Below, piece by piece: positions 1-15,433 of a stretch of 64,000 nt of DNA. Position 1 is the stretch's first letter, and each line of letters begins with the position of its first letter. The DNA is taken from assembly GCF_009914755.1 (NCBI RefSeq), contig NC_060934.1; one strand, written 5' to 3'. The translations under genes were made by a program, and so were the position numbers. This DNA comes from the human T2T-CHM13v2.0 reference genome, Homo sapiens. A model generated the notes under the pieces. It made no database searches. It was given only the letters and a program-made list of their open reading frames with translations, and was not told the DNA's origin.

Positions 1-339
1 TATAGAGTGTCAAATGGAGTTTAATGGAGATTCCAGAGAATCAGAAAAAAAAGATGTCAGGATAATGTGTAAAGTTCTTGTTTATTTGACATTTTGATGA
101 CTTTAGAAGTATTCGTGAGAGAAGTAAATCAGCCCAAAAAAGGGCACCTCACCATTAATAAACATGCTTTCCACAAGTGACCCTACAACTTCCCGTCATC
201 TCATGAAACTCATCACTGCATTTATTGTATGAATGGTGTTAAGAGTGCTGTTCAATAAATGTCGCCAGGCCCAGTGAGAGGGATCCTGTCTGTCTTAGTA
301 CCAAGAACACTAGTACCTCTTCTGAGTAATGGGTTTTTA

Positions 340-3144
<2,805 letters not shown>

Positions 3145-3529
3145 TTATAGTCAGAGTTTTTCCTTATCATTTCTGAGTCCACTTTATGTTCCTACACCAT
3201 GTTTTATTACATTTTGTTAGCTTTACACATCTGTTTAGCTGCCTTATTTAAATACTTACTTGAAAGATTGTGGGGGTTGGGGAGGAGAAAGAGTAAGAAA
3301 GTTGAAATTTGTAAACTTAGACATAAGCATAATGTTCTATGACAAATTATAAGATCTTGTTCTTCTATACTTACAAAAAGGTAATTAAATTCCTCTTAAG
3401 GGATCCGTATCTCCAAGGCAAAATAACATTGATAAGTGGGTACCAGTTTTAATTTGTATCATTTTCATGAATGTATCCATATTAATGCGCATTGAATACA
3501 GACTCACAGTTTAACACTATGGGATATTC

Positions 3530-3790
3530 GTTAGGTTTCTTAATCTCTCTTTCAATTTATTCATCTATGAAATGGTGGTAATAGCATACACCTTAAAGAC
3601 TTGCCATGAAAATTAAACAGAATTTCTATGAAGAGCAAGCCTTAACCTTCTTGTAGCTCGATTTTCTCATCTATAAAATGGATATAAAATAATACCTATG
3701 TCATAAGTAAGTTGTGAAGATTAAAGAGGTAGACATATGTATCATACTAAGAAAAATTCCCACGTAGACTAAATGCAATTATTATTCTTT
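3530..3790 (+). mobile_element. Two tandem MIR fragments
   Basis: Two copies of the MIR core (ttcatctatgaaatgg / ctcatctataaaatgg ... gttgtgaagattaaa). Confidence 0.65.
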
Positions 3791-4005
3791 TTATATTTTT
3801 ATTTTACAAAGGTTTTATAACTATCCTAAATTAATTCCCTCACCTTAAAGATTGGAAATATAGATTTCCTCAAACCAAGTACTATAGTAGCATTCTTTAA
3901 TGGCCTTAAAATGACCATTTTTAAAAATTGCAAGATCTCTCATTGCCTTCATGGGATTCTCTATTTATTTTGGCCCCAAATACCACAAGATTAGCTACTG
4001 TAGCG

Positions 4006-4237
4006 CAACAGTTCTTATCCATGGGTGATTTTGTGCCCCCCTCTCCTTCTGCCTCAAAGGTATTTGGCAGTGCCTGGAGTCATTGTTAAATGTCAAAACT
4101 GAGGAGAGATGTAAAACTAGTATTTAGTGAGTGGAGGCCAGAGAGGCTGTAAAACATTTTAGAGTGCACAGAGCAGCCCCCATAACAAAGAATGATCTGG
4201 CCCAAAATGTTAATAGTGTCAAGGTTGAGAAGCCCTG
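4006..4237 (+). mobile_element. MER20 (hAT-Charlie) DNA transposon
   Basis: Matches recalled MER20 consensus throughout, ending ccaaaatgttaatagtgtcaaggttgagaagccctg. Confidence 0.88.
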
Positions 4238-4519
4238 GAAGGTTGGGAAGTCTTAGTGTAGAGTTTCACTTCCAGAAGGGGACTAACAGAAGAAACTGCC
4301 ATAAAGCTGGTGGAAATAGATGTTTCTTACTCAGGTACTGCTGTTTCTGGATTTTGTTTTTTCTGATTTTTGTTTCTAGTTTTTCCAGAGGCTTAACAAA
4401 TAGTGTAAGAAAATAAGAAAATGTGAATAGAATAGTTTAGAGTCCTGGAGATTACTATTACCCATCTGCCTCTAAATTCATAAATGATTCTATTTCTAAA
4501 ACTGCTTGGACCCAAATTA

Positions 4520-5785
4520 AGAATCTTAAAGAGATTCATCCGAGTCCACATCCAGCATACACCCTAAAGAAACCCTTGTGCATGTGAATGTGCAGGGCGA
4601 CACAGAGCAATAGCATTGGTAATGGTAAAAACTTAGATGCAATCTAAATATCTCTTAAGAAGAAATGAATAGAATAAGTGAATTTTAAATGAACTAGATA
4701 CATATCAAGGTAGATAAAGGTCAAACGTAATATTGAGTGGAAAAAGTAAGTTGCAGAACAACTTGTTAAGGCAACCTCATTTTTACACAAATCATTACAG
4801 CAAGATAATACAATACCAGTTAGGATTGTATTTGGCTACATTTAAAGGAATTTAACAACAGTGGCTCAACCAAACAGGCTGTTGTAATTTTCTCCTGTAA
4901 GATTTCAGCTAAAGATGATCCAAATGAAGTTGGCTCCCAGCTGCCATCAATCGTGTCCCCACAAAGCGAGGGAGGGAATAAAATTTACCTGGTCTGGTGG
5001 TCCAAAAGATGAACAAAGGATGATAATGTGTAAGTAGGTTTAATTAGTCCACTTTTGCTAAAGGACTCAAAAATTTATTTTTGTATAGGCTCAAACCTGC
5101 CACCAGGGTCCCTTTTGTAAGGATCATGGCTTATTTTACCTTCTTCTATGCTTTCATCCTCAGGATCACAAGATGATAATTCTTGCGACAGATATTGCAT
5201 CCATGCTCAGATCCAAAGAGGGAGAGGAGACAGAAGATGTAACTGAATCTAAATCTGCCCCATCTTACCAAGAAAATTATGGTTTTACTAGAAGTCTTAC
5301 CTTTTAAATTACTTATAGTTCCTTGACCAAAACTTGACCATGTCCTTCTCTACCCACCATTTGGCTTTTTAGCTAATGACAGAAGAGCCTGGGAGAGGGG
5401 ATGACTAGAACTCACTAGGCCACAGAGCAAAGTTTTGATAGGACAGAAGAGAAGAGGGGATTAGTGACAACTAGTGGCTCATTAGAATTTATTGTCTCAA
5501 ATATTACATATTGTTTAAATATAATTAATAAACATATAAAAATGTAGACTGGGAGAATACATACCAAATTTGTGAAAATGTGTGTCTCCAGGCGGGAGAA
5601 AGAGGAATACAACTGAATAGAAGTACAAAGAGGATTTTCAGTTGATCTCCATTATCTTTAAGTATTCATATTTTAAAACATCTGAAGCAAATGTGACAAA
5701 ATACTAGAGTTCTTAAACCTGGATGTTAGATACATGAATCTTATACTCTGTAATTTACTGTAATTGTTCAAAATTAAGAAAAAAA
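4520..5785 (+). mobile_element. Old L1ME-type 3' end fragments interrupted by a probable MaLR LTR remnant (about 4815-5400)
   Basis: Degenerate L1M 3' UTR motifs either side of MLT-like sequence (agttaggattgtatttggct...aacagtggctcaacc). Confidence 0.45.
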
Positions 5786-8700
5786 TCTTCGAAGGTATTT
5801 TGTTAACCTTCAGAATGCTGGGGCTAGTGGTAAGTGTTCTTTTACCTTGAGAGAGAAAAAGACATGAAAGTATCTGCCCAAATAATGAAAGAAAGGAGGA
5901 CTAAGATAAAAAGTCCAGGGAGCTGCATTCCCACTGGCCCCTAACCTAGACAATTATTGGAAGTTCTAACACCCAAATCCATATTACATACAGAGTCTCC
6001 CAAGTGCATACTCTGAAACAATTGAACTAGGATTTAAGCATAACCATGGGGAAAAAAAAATTAAGTATTCATGATTCATCTTGTTCTCGCTGAAAGTCAG
6101 CATAAAAGCTTACACGTACAATGTTTCCAAATAGCTGACTGTCCTAACATTTTCTTTCGTAAGAGATAGGTCACGCAGGATACTCATACAAGAGGTGCTT
6201 TTATGTAAGACATTTTTATCCCCCCTCTTCACCATAAAAAATGTGTAATGAATTATTTTCTAAAGTTGATGGTTTTGGAGCATTCATTTTCATGAAAGTC
6301 AAAGTCACCCCCACGCAGTCATGAATTCTTTTTGGATGCAATTCAGACTTTCCAAGGTTACCATTTCAGGTTTTACAGAAAGAATTGTACCACTCTGACA
6401 AGAGGTATCTAGGAGAACTTGAGGAACAGAAAGTTAAGGAAGCAAAAGACAGGATGAGGTGACATCACCAGCACTAGGCATTTAATGAGTACTTAAGAAC
6501 TTATTTTCATGAAATATAGACAAAGCCAGTTTAGAATAGGTTTTAATTTATTCAGATGAAGAAGTCAGAAAGAAAAGGAAGGAAGACGCCATTTTAGTTT
6601 CACTTTTACTTGCTGCAGATTAATATCCCATGACCTAAAGTGCTCGCATGCAAAGAGGAAGAGCTAGGGAGAGAAAGGAAGGGAGAAAACTGTATCATGG
6701 AAACTTGAAGGGTCTTCTGTCATAGAAACCCAGAGATTCCCTGCCATGGTGCCTTTCTTGTATTCTTTTAATTGCTTTTGAAAAGTAGTAAGGGTTTCAG
6801 TGTAGGAAGGAGGAAAAATTAGTTTTCTTTTTTCCAGCTCTACTAAATATGAAAGAGAAGACAATCAAAAGAAAACACTCTGACATGAATAATTGTAGTA
6901 CCACAGAAACAAGGGCAATCGTTTTTCTTTGAGTGAATGTGCACAATGTAAACTTCTGTTTGGGAAGAAGTAGTCAAATGACTTTTCTCATTTTTAATGA
7001 GTGTTTGAATATTTCTGGAAATGGACACTGCTGGCAACAAACTAGCTCAGGGCCCAAAGAGTGGTAATTCAATCCCATTCTGATTATGCTGAGAAATGGA
7101 GTTGTCATTTTATGGAAGTGGGTTTGCACCCACTTCCAGGGACAGCGAGACTGTTTTACTGGTCAAAGCTAAGTGTAGAAAATTTCAGACCAATGGGAAA
7201 AGAAAATCTACTTAGATTTTTAAGTTGATTTGTTATCACTACTGCCCCGTGTTGGAATAAAGTCATTTCATAATGCATTCCTACCTTGGGAGCTGAATCT
7301 TTGGACTTGAGTCCCTTGGCCCCAAAGACTTGACCTTTTATAAGTCTGTTGACCTCTCTGAGTGCTCATTTCCTCATTTGTTTTTTTAAAACTTGCCTCC
7401 AGATTGGCTGTCAAGACTGAGATAAAGATGTGAAAATGTATAAACTTTAAAATGGTGGGCAAGTAAAATTGTTTCAAGGATATTATAAATATTATGTGCT
7501 ATTAGCAGAAAACTAAAGATGCTTAATTTTTTGTTTTGTTATAGATTTTGTTTGTATTTTGCTTTTATGTACAGGTAATTCTGATCTTGAGTATGCCATC
7601 CCTAGAATACAACTAGGCTGACCCTTTTCTCAGCTTTCATTTATTTGCTTTCAAGGAGATAAGGAGATCCCAAAGGCTCCAGGAGTATGTGACTCAAAGT
7701 ACAAATAAAGAGCAGAGTCTATGAGTAAAATCCTTGTAAAGGTAACCTCTGAAAGGAAGTCCACAGCATGACACTAAGTGAAACAGCATTTTTGAGGGAC
7801 TTGAAGCTGAAAAAATAGAAGTTATGATAGTCAATGTTTGCTTTAGCTTATCCAAGAAGTTGGAGAAACAAGTTCTATTTTTTTTTTGGAAGATTCTAAT
7901 TGAAAATAGGATTTTTATTAAGTTTTAGAAAAGCCGTAAGACGAAGGTGAATTATCTGATAGCTGCTCAAGTATTTCCTGAGCGTTATCCTTTTGAGGGA
8001 CTGGAGCTTTGATGAATGTGTCTGTCACCCCAGAGATGCCATGGTATAATAAATGGATCAGTGCCTGGATGTTTAGTCTTCTATGGAATAACATAGAATG
8101 CAGAAATTCAAGGGTGAGCTTATTTTGGTCGGTGCTGATTTTACATCTGTGCAGGTAGGTGTGCAATTTTAAAACACAAATTTTCAAGATGCTATATAGA
8201 TCACCAGCACTCAGGCTATGAAGCAGCATGTGTGTGCAGCAGAACCAGAGATGTCTGCAAGTTCAATCAAGTCTGATTCAACAGTCTCTAAAGTAGAAGC
8301 AACAGCAGATCCAGAAATATCAGTCATTGCCTCTCATGATGTTGACTCCCAAGCCAAAATAAACCAGACTGAATGAACTTTTTTGTCATGTCTGATTCAG
8401 CAGCACACAGCTTAATGGGCTGCTTCCCAAAAGAGAGAAATGGTGGTGGACATCTGTTCTTAAAAATGACTGACATGTTCCCCAAACTAGCATTTTCTCT
8501 ATGGCTTTTATGCCATTTATCACTATCACTAAATACAATTTTAAACCTTTCAAAAAGGATTTGAAAGAGTTAAGAGATTATAATCCTCAAGTATGGGCCA
8601 AGTATATCTTCTTTCTAACGTTGTGTTGCTGTAATTAAAGTTGCTAGAGAGTAATGGCCCCAAGTATTCTTCCTGTTAGCCAGTGATTCTGTAAAAATAA

Positions 8701-9681
8701 ACCTCAGTGCTTTTTGACATATGACAAATGAGCATCTTCTGCCCTGGATATCTACCAGGGATATACTTTAAATTATTCTGAAGGCCTGTAAAGTGCTTTT
8801 AAGTCTTCCGTGGGGCTTTCACATGAATGGTACTTTACCACTTTGAGCATAGAAATGTGGCTGAGTTCAGACAGAAGCCTCTCCAGAAGAGCTGCATCCT
8901 TTGAAAAGAAGACAGCAGATCATAGCCAAAACCGCTGTTAAGTCTAAGATAAGTTCTTGCCATGTTTCGGGGATCCTATGGTGCCCATCCCACAGTGATC
9001 AAGGGCCATCAAGCTGCAAAGGTGTGTTTTCAGAAAACAAACAATTCTCATTTCTTTTAAATCAGCCCTCTAAGATCTACTTTCTTTTTTGCATTTCTTC
9101 TTATATTTCAAAGTGCTTGTTGGAGCAAGGCTAGGGACTGCAGCTTCCACACAAAACTCAAAGAGAACCAAAATGAGCCCTTCACAGGCATGAAGATAGG
9201 TGGCAGGGAGTGAAGTTTATGGAGGCTATAGCAACATTTTTTAAAGGCCACTGTTATAAAAATTTTCTCTAAAGCAAGTAAAATGTCTTATTCATTTGTG
9301 TATCCCTCACATAGCTAGCAGTAGTTTGTATATGATAGATATTAAAAGATATTTGTTGACGTCATTGATCATTCACAGAGCAAAAATATTATTCCTCATG
9401 TACCCTGAGAGTCTCCATGGATTACAGAAAAAATAATAAAATGAGGTTTCAATTCCAGAGTTTACCACAGGGGCACCATTTGGTCTAGGCTTCAAATTCA
9501 CAAAAGGCCTGAAAAATCTCTCATTTCTCCAAGTGAGGTTATATATGCCTTCATAGAGGTGATACTGACAAGATTGAGAGCTGAAGTTGTTCAAAATACA
9601 TATTTAAATTAAGCCAAAGTTTTGGGAACTCTTTCCTTTTTTTTTTATTTTTAAAGAATGAACCAGTGTATTATTCCATTT

Positions 9682-9717
9682 ATATCTATCTATCTATCTA
9701 TCTATCTATGTATCTAT
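9682..9717. repeat. (TATC)n tetranucleotide microsatellite
   Basis: Direct reading. Confidence 0.9.
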
Positions 9718-9929
9718 GTTAAAGGGTTCACAAAAGAATAACCTTTAAAGTGTTAATAATGAATTGTAATAAGGTGGGAGTTCATGTGATTTTTACCCTC
9801 TGTATGTTTTACCCTCTGTATGTATTTTATCCTTTTGTATGTTTGAAATTACTACATTGATCGCATATGATTTATATAACCAGAGAAAGCAATAAAACTA
9901 TATTCATTACAGGAAACAGAGTATAGGAT

Positions 9930-11855
9930 GCAGCAAATGACTTTGAGAGTCAGTCAAAGATAACTCCTTAGTCTGAGCCCAAATGACTGGATGGGTGATG
10001 GTTCCATTAAGAGAAATTGAGCGATCAAGAAGAGAAACAGATGTGGGGGAGGAGAAGTTTTGAATCCAAATGTGAGCAAGTTAAGTTGGAAGTGTCAGAA
10101 GTGCTTCTGCATGGAAATGTTAAAGAGAAGCTTAGAACAAGGCTGGAAATGCAGATTTAATAGGGCATTGATGAGAGTGGAGTCACAGAGAGACAGATGA
10201 GCCCAAATGAACAAGACAGGGCTTGTAAATTTAGAGAGTAAAGGAGTAAACAGACCCATGCGCATAATAGGAGCCAATAATGAGGAACCAGGAGATGATG
10301 GTTCTCATATAACCATAGGAGTGGAGGCGAACACTATGTGTGTCAGCTCCTAGGACTTTGCATTCCATCTGGAATCAAAATGAGAAGGAGCTTCTCTAGG
10401 ATGGGGTTGGGGTGGGATATGGACATCTCAGGAAGCAACACCCGCAAATACAAAGTCCCACAGACAGAAAGAAGGTTGGTGAATTCTGGGAGTAGACAAA
10501 ATTTCAATGCATCTGGAGTTCTGTGGTTATTATAGCAGAGTATAAAATATGACCTGCGCCCTCAGACAGCTCATAGTCTGATGGGAGAGACAGATATAGC
10601 AACGAATACTTCCAATACATTATGGTAAGCACAGGGATAGAGACGAGACAAGTACGAGTGCTATAAATGCACAGTAATAGAGGGGAGACATTCAGTTCTG
10701 GAAGCAGAAGCGTGTAATATTTTTCTTAAACCTTCTGAACCTTTTATGAGGAATTTTGCCAAAAAGATGGTAAGTAGTGAGTGGGAGATATTGCTAGAAA
10801 GGAGAATCTCTGGAAGGGGAAGGGATAAGACAGCTTATAATATACTTATAAGCTGTTGGATTAGTAAACACAGATTAAATTGCATAGTTCAGCCAGATTC
10901 AATAATAGGATAAAACTTCTGGAGACCGTTGGCCAGTTGCTTCTCTTGCTGACTCTCGTCAAGGTTCATGGTAAGTGATGAATCCCATAGCTCTATATCC
11001 ACATTGCCTTACCTGGCATCCTTAGGATTGCTGCTTCAAAGGAAACCTACAAATTAGAGACCCAGGACTGAAGGATGTCTCTGCTCTCAGGACAAGGGAT
11101 GTCTACACTCACTCACCTGGAGTTCCCAGAGGGCGCAGAACAATTTTTCTTTCTGGGATTGTTCTTTCTTCCCTAGCATCAACTCTGGATGGAGAAATTA
11201 GGCCATCAGTAATGGAGAGGTGGCATCACTGAAAAAAGAATTATGCTTGGAAACACAGCAATGTAAAGGATAATGGCATGTTTAGGGGAACACAAGTAGT
11301 TTATTATGGTCTTATGGTGGCAATTATGTGTGTTGGGGGGCAGACCGCAGTAATGGGAAACAAAGTTGAAGAATTAGGTTAGGGGCAAATTGTGAAAGTT
11401 CTTGAATGATTTTTGAGGGACTTTAGGTTTAATCTTGTGGGCAGTGAGGCATCATGAAAGTGTTTTGAATAGAAGAGATGTGATCAAATGTGAGTTTTAG
11501 AACAGCCAGCACTGAATGCACTTTGGAATGCACTATGGAGGATTAAACCAGGAGGTTGGAAGACCAGTTGGGAAATAATTGCAATCACTGAGGAAAGAAA
11601 TGACGTGACACCAAATTAAGATAGTAGCACTTGGAATAGAGAATGTAGGATAAAGATTGAGAGGAAGTATAAGCAGCATAACTGACAGAATTTAGGTATT
11701 ACTTAAGAAGAAGGTATAAGAAAAAAGAAACAAGGACTTAGGAAACATCTGGTTTTGGCATGGGTGCCTAAGTGGCTGGAGATGCTACTAGTTATTGTTT
11801 GGAACACAGGAAAGGAGTAGATTGGGGGTTGAGTGTGGTAAGACATATATAATTT

Positions 11856-11891
<36 letters not shown>

Positions 11892-12035
11892 TATAACTAT
11901 ATATAATTATACATTATATATAATTATATATATTATATATAAAAATATACAATTAAATATAAATATAATTATATATGTCTTACCACACTCAACCCCCAAT
12001 CTACTCCAATCTAATTACACATATAATTATATATA

Positions 12036-12080
<45 letters not shown>

Positions 12081-12240
12081 GTATATATATATAAAATTGA
12101 GTCTGTAATACTTGCAGAATATCCAGAGGAGATGCAAATCCAGGCATAGAGTCCAGGAAGTAAAAGAGTTTGGGATTAGAGATACCAATAAAAATCACTA
12201 GTTATAGGAATTAGTTGAAACCAAAAGATCCAATGAAATA
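9930..12240 (-). mobile_element. Cluster of degenerate L2 fragments (about 9930-10330, 10540-10800, 11250-11850, 12095-12240)
   Basis: Purine-rich antisense L2 motifs such as ggactttaggtttaatcttgtgggcagtgaggcatcatgaaagtgttttgaatag and ggaagaccagttgggaaataattgcaatc. Confidence 0.65.
11814..12098. repeat. Complex inverted repeat with (TA)n/(CA)n tracts
   Basis: 11814-11854 is the exact reverse complement of 11967-12007; the (TA)n(CA)n tract at 11851-11896 is mirrored by (TG)n(TA)n at about 12030-12098. Confidence 0.95.
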
Positions 12241-13379
12241 ATTATAGCATTTGACCCAGCTGTTCGCTGCCACGTAGGTCATATGGGGACTCTTGCATAA
12301 TAGAGAGAATATACTTTGCCAGAAGGTAGAAGCAACCCCCAAGATCCCAGAGCCACAACCATCTGAATTCTTCAGCTATGCATTTGGCAGAAGCTGAACA
12401 CCAGCATCCATAGAGAAAACATATTTTGTCTTGTAGATCCAATTTTCCTTGCCCAAAATTCTTAGTTTGGATACAAAGACTATATGATATTTGACATATG
12501 GCTGGTTTAGAAATATTTGTTTTCCTGAATAAGTCGATCAGATTTGCATATGATCCATTTGATCACTTACCACAATCAGTTATAAATTTAGTAAATACTT
12601 GGCAAAATCATAAAAGCTTACATACACAAATTAGATGGGCTGTGAATACAGACATGGAAACAGATGCCTAGATTCTTTCTGAAGTTTTCACTGTCAGGGT
12701 TCCTTCAGTTCTCAATCTCTTCTGGGGAAATCAGCATGACTGTGTCATTCAAAGTGAAATTTCTTGATGGTTTGTTCTGGTGACTCCATAAATGTCAGGA
12801 GTGTGGAAGTGTTAGACTGGCAGCTTCAAAGTAGTCTCCATGGTACTCATCAAGAAAGACCCAGTGAATCTTTTTGGTCAGCTGGATTCTTCTGTGCTCT
12901 TCTGTATCTATTCATTATTTCATTTCCCCAGTATTAGACACTTTATAAGGCAAGCAGAATTTGACATGGTTTAAGGCCTTGATTTATCTAAAACTTCTCA
13001 AGATCATCCTTAGTTATAATGAGAAGGTCTTTATTTTCTTGGGTGGAAATAAATGATGTGCTTTTATTTTATTTGCAAAGTGATATCAAAGCATCTGTGC
13101 ATGGCAGTAGGCTGAAGTAAAACTCACAAATTGGTGAGGTTTCCTTTGTCATAATTACTTTTAACATTACAAAAATGATGTGTAATTTTAAAAATTCAAG
13201 CTATCAAATAGATAAAAGTAGTTTTACAAAGGAGGGAATATCCATGATCATTAGAAACTTGAGCACCATTTCATGTTTATTAGCCACTTGTGAAGGTATG
13301 GATAACACTTACAAAAAGAGTAACATACTAACTTGTTTTGTATCCTTATTTTTACTTAACAGAATATTTAAGCTATTGT

Positions 13380-15310
13380 TTCCTATCAACAGTATGGCTC
13401 TACTTCATTCTTTTAAAAAATGACATGGTATTATGTAGTATAGAGGTTACATTATTTAACCATGACTCCATTAATGGACATTATGCTGCAACTATGGAAA
13501 ATACTGAACAGTCTTATATGCACATGTTTGCACACACATATCTGCAGGATACATTCTTAGAAGTGGAGTTGCTAGGTCAGATGATAAATGTGTTTTGTTC
13601 TGACTGATGTTGCCAAATTGTCTTACAAAGGAGTTGTACCAATTTACACCCTCACTAACTATGAATAAGAATGCCTACTTCCCTTGTTTCCCTCTAATAC
13701 AGCATTCTAAAGAACTTTTGGGTCTTTGCCAACCAAGTAACTGAAAAATGGTTAGCCTGTAGTTGAGTCTGCATTTGAAAAATGGTATTTCATTGTGGTT
13801 TGATTTGCATTTCTTCAACTATTCCTTTTGCAGTGAATCATATACTTAAGTCATTTGCTCATTTTTTCAGTGATTTTTTTTCTTATTTGTAAGAACTGTT
13901 TGTTCATTAAGAAAACTAACGTTTTGTTATATTCGTTGCAAACAAATTAACTCAGTTCATTGTTCAACTTTTGAATTTGCTTATGGTATTTTTACAATGC
14001 TAAAATTTTTAATTTTAGGGGCTGAAATTTATGAATCTTCTATGGTGTCTCATATCTTGCTCAAAAAGCATTCTCACCATCACAGTTATAAAAACAAAGT
14101 TTTCTGTGTTTATTTTATTTTAAATGTTTAATTATTTGCTCTACTGGAAATGTTTTGGACATAAGGATTTAGGTAAGGATCCAATTTAATATTTTCCAAA
14201 ACCTAAACCATTTATAATATTTTACCCCACCCCATGATTTATCACATATCAGAATCCCTTGTGTAACTCGGTCTATTTATTAAATTTATTCTGTTCAGCT
14301 TTTTGGCTTGCTTATTCATATTCCACAACCAAATCCTTTTGGTTATTATAGTTGTATAATATATTTAAATATATTAAAATATCTCTCTCATTTTTCAACT
14401 TTCTGTTGGTATTTTCTAACTATTCTTTCATGCTTATTTTATCATGAAATCTTTAGAATCAACTTGTACAGTCACAAAAAAATTAATATCTTGTTGAAAG
14501 CATGATGATTGTGCTACTTGATCTATTTATAGATCAGTTTAGGGAAAATTGAAACTTTTAAAAAAATATCAAGGCTTCTTACCAATCCCCATAAAATAAT
14601 GTCTTTCTTTTTGTTAAATTATTCATGTATGGCCCTCACAATCATTTTTAAGTTCTCTTCACGTAGATCTTAAACATTTCCCAAGTTTATTCCTATGTAT
14701 TTTATAGATTTAGTTTATATTGTAAAGGAAATCTCTTCCTCAAGTATATATTCTATGTGATTTTGTATGTAGAAAAGCTATCGATTTTTGTGTGTGATTT
14801 CAGATTATTTTTAAAAGTTTCTTAGGTTTAATATGTTTTCCTTGGATGTTCAAGACTCAATCTTCTATGAATAAATGATACATTTGGCTCCTTCTTTCCA
14901 ATTTCTATACCTCTCATTTCTCTTGTCTGATTTCTCTGACTCCTTTCTCCAGAAAAGAAAATAAGAGTGATGTATTTATGATAGCTTTCGCCATTGAGAA
15001 ACGTTAAGCTTTTATGTAGGAAAAATCTGTCAATTCTTCTGTAGCTTCTGGGTTTCATGTCTTGTTTCAGAAGATCTTTCCCATCCCCCACAGGCTAAAG
15101 ACAGACTGCATATTTTCTTCTAATATTTATAGTTTTCATTTTACATTTACATCTTTAATCCATCTGGAATTTATTTCTATATATTGCAGGAGATAAAAAT
15201 CTAACTTTATTTTTTCCAGATGGATTGCAAAATTTCCCAACATCATTTGTAAAATTGGTCAGCCTTTCCTCACTGGTTTGAAATGCCACTTTAATCATAT
15301 TCTAAATAGA
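13380..15310 (-). mobile_element. Old L1M fragments (3' UTR and ORF2 C-terminal region)
   Basis: Degenerate L1 motifs: gttgtaccaatttacaccctcac, ggtatttcattgtggtttgatttgcatttc, ctttaatccatctggaatttattt. Confidence 0.8.
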
Positions 15311-15427
15311 TCAGTTTTATTTTTTAAACTAGAGCTTAAAAACCATAAAGGAAATGAATTGCAGTAGAGAACAAAGACATGAAAAGCCAGCAAAAATCCA
15401 CATTAAGATAAAGTTGTGCACACACTA

Positions 15428-15433
15428 TTTAAT
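15428..15433 (-). terminator. Candidate distal polyadenylation signal (ATTAAA)
   Basis: Plus-strand tttaat; downstream on minus reads gtgtgtgcacaacttttatctt...ggatttttgctggcttttc (GU/U-rich). Confidence 0.5.

Noticed and set aside
7918-8229. 103-aa ATG ORF in unique sequence
   Set aside because: No recognisable domain, promoter or splice context; the length is reachable by chance in 64 kb.
10830-10856. Perfect 11-bp hairpin acagcttataa-tatac-ttataagctgt
   Set aside because: AT-rich and too short for a pre-miRNA; no supporting context.
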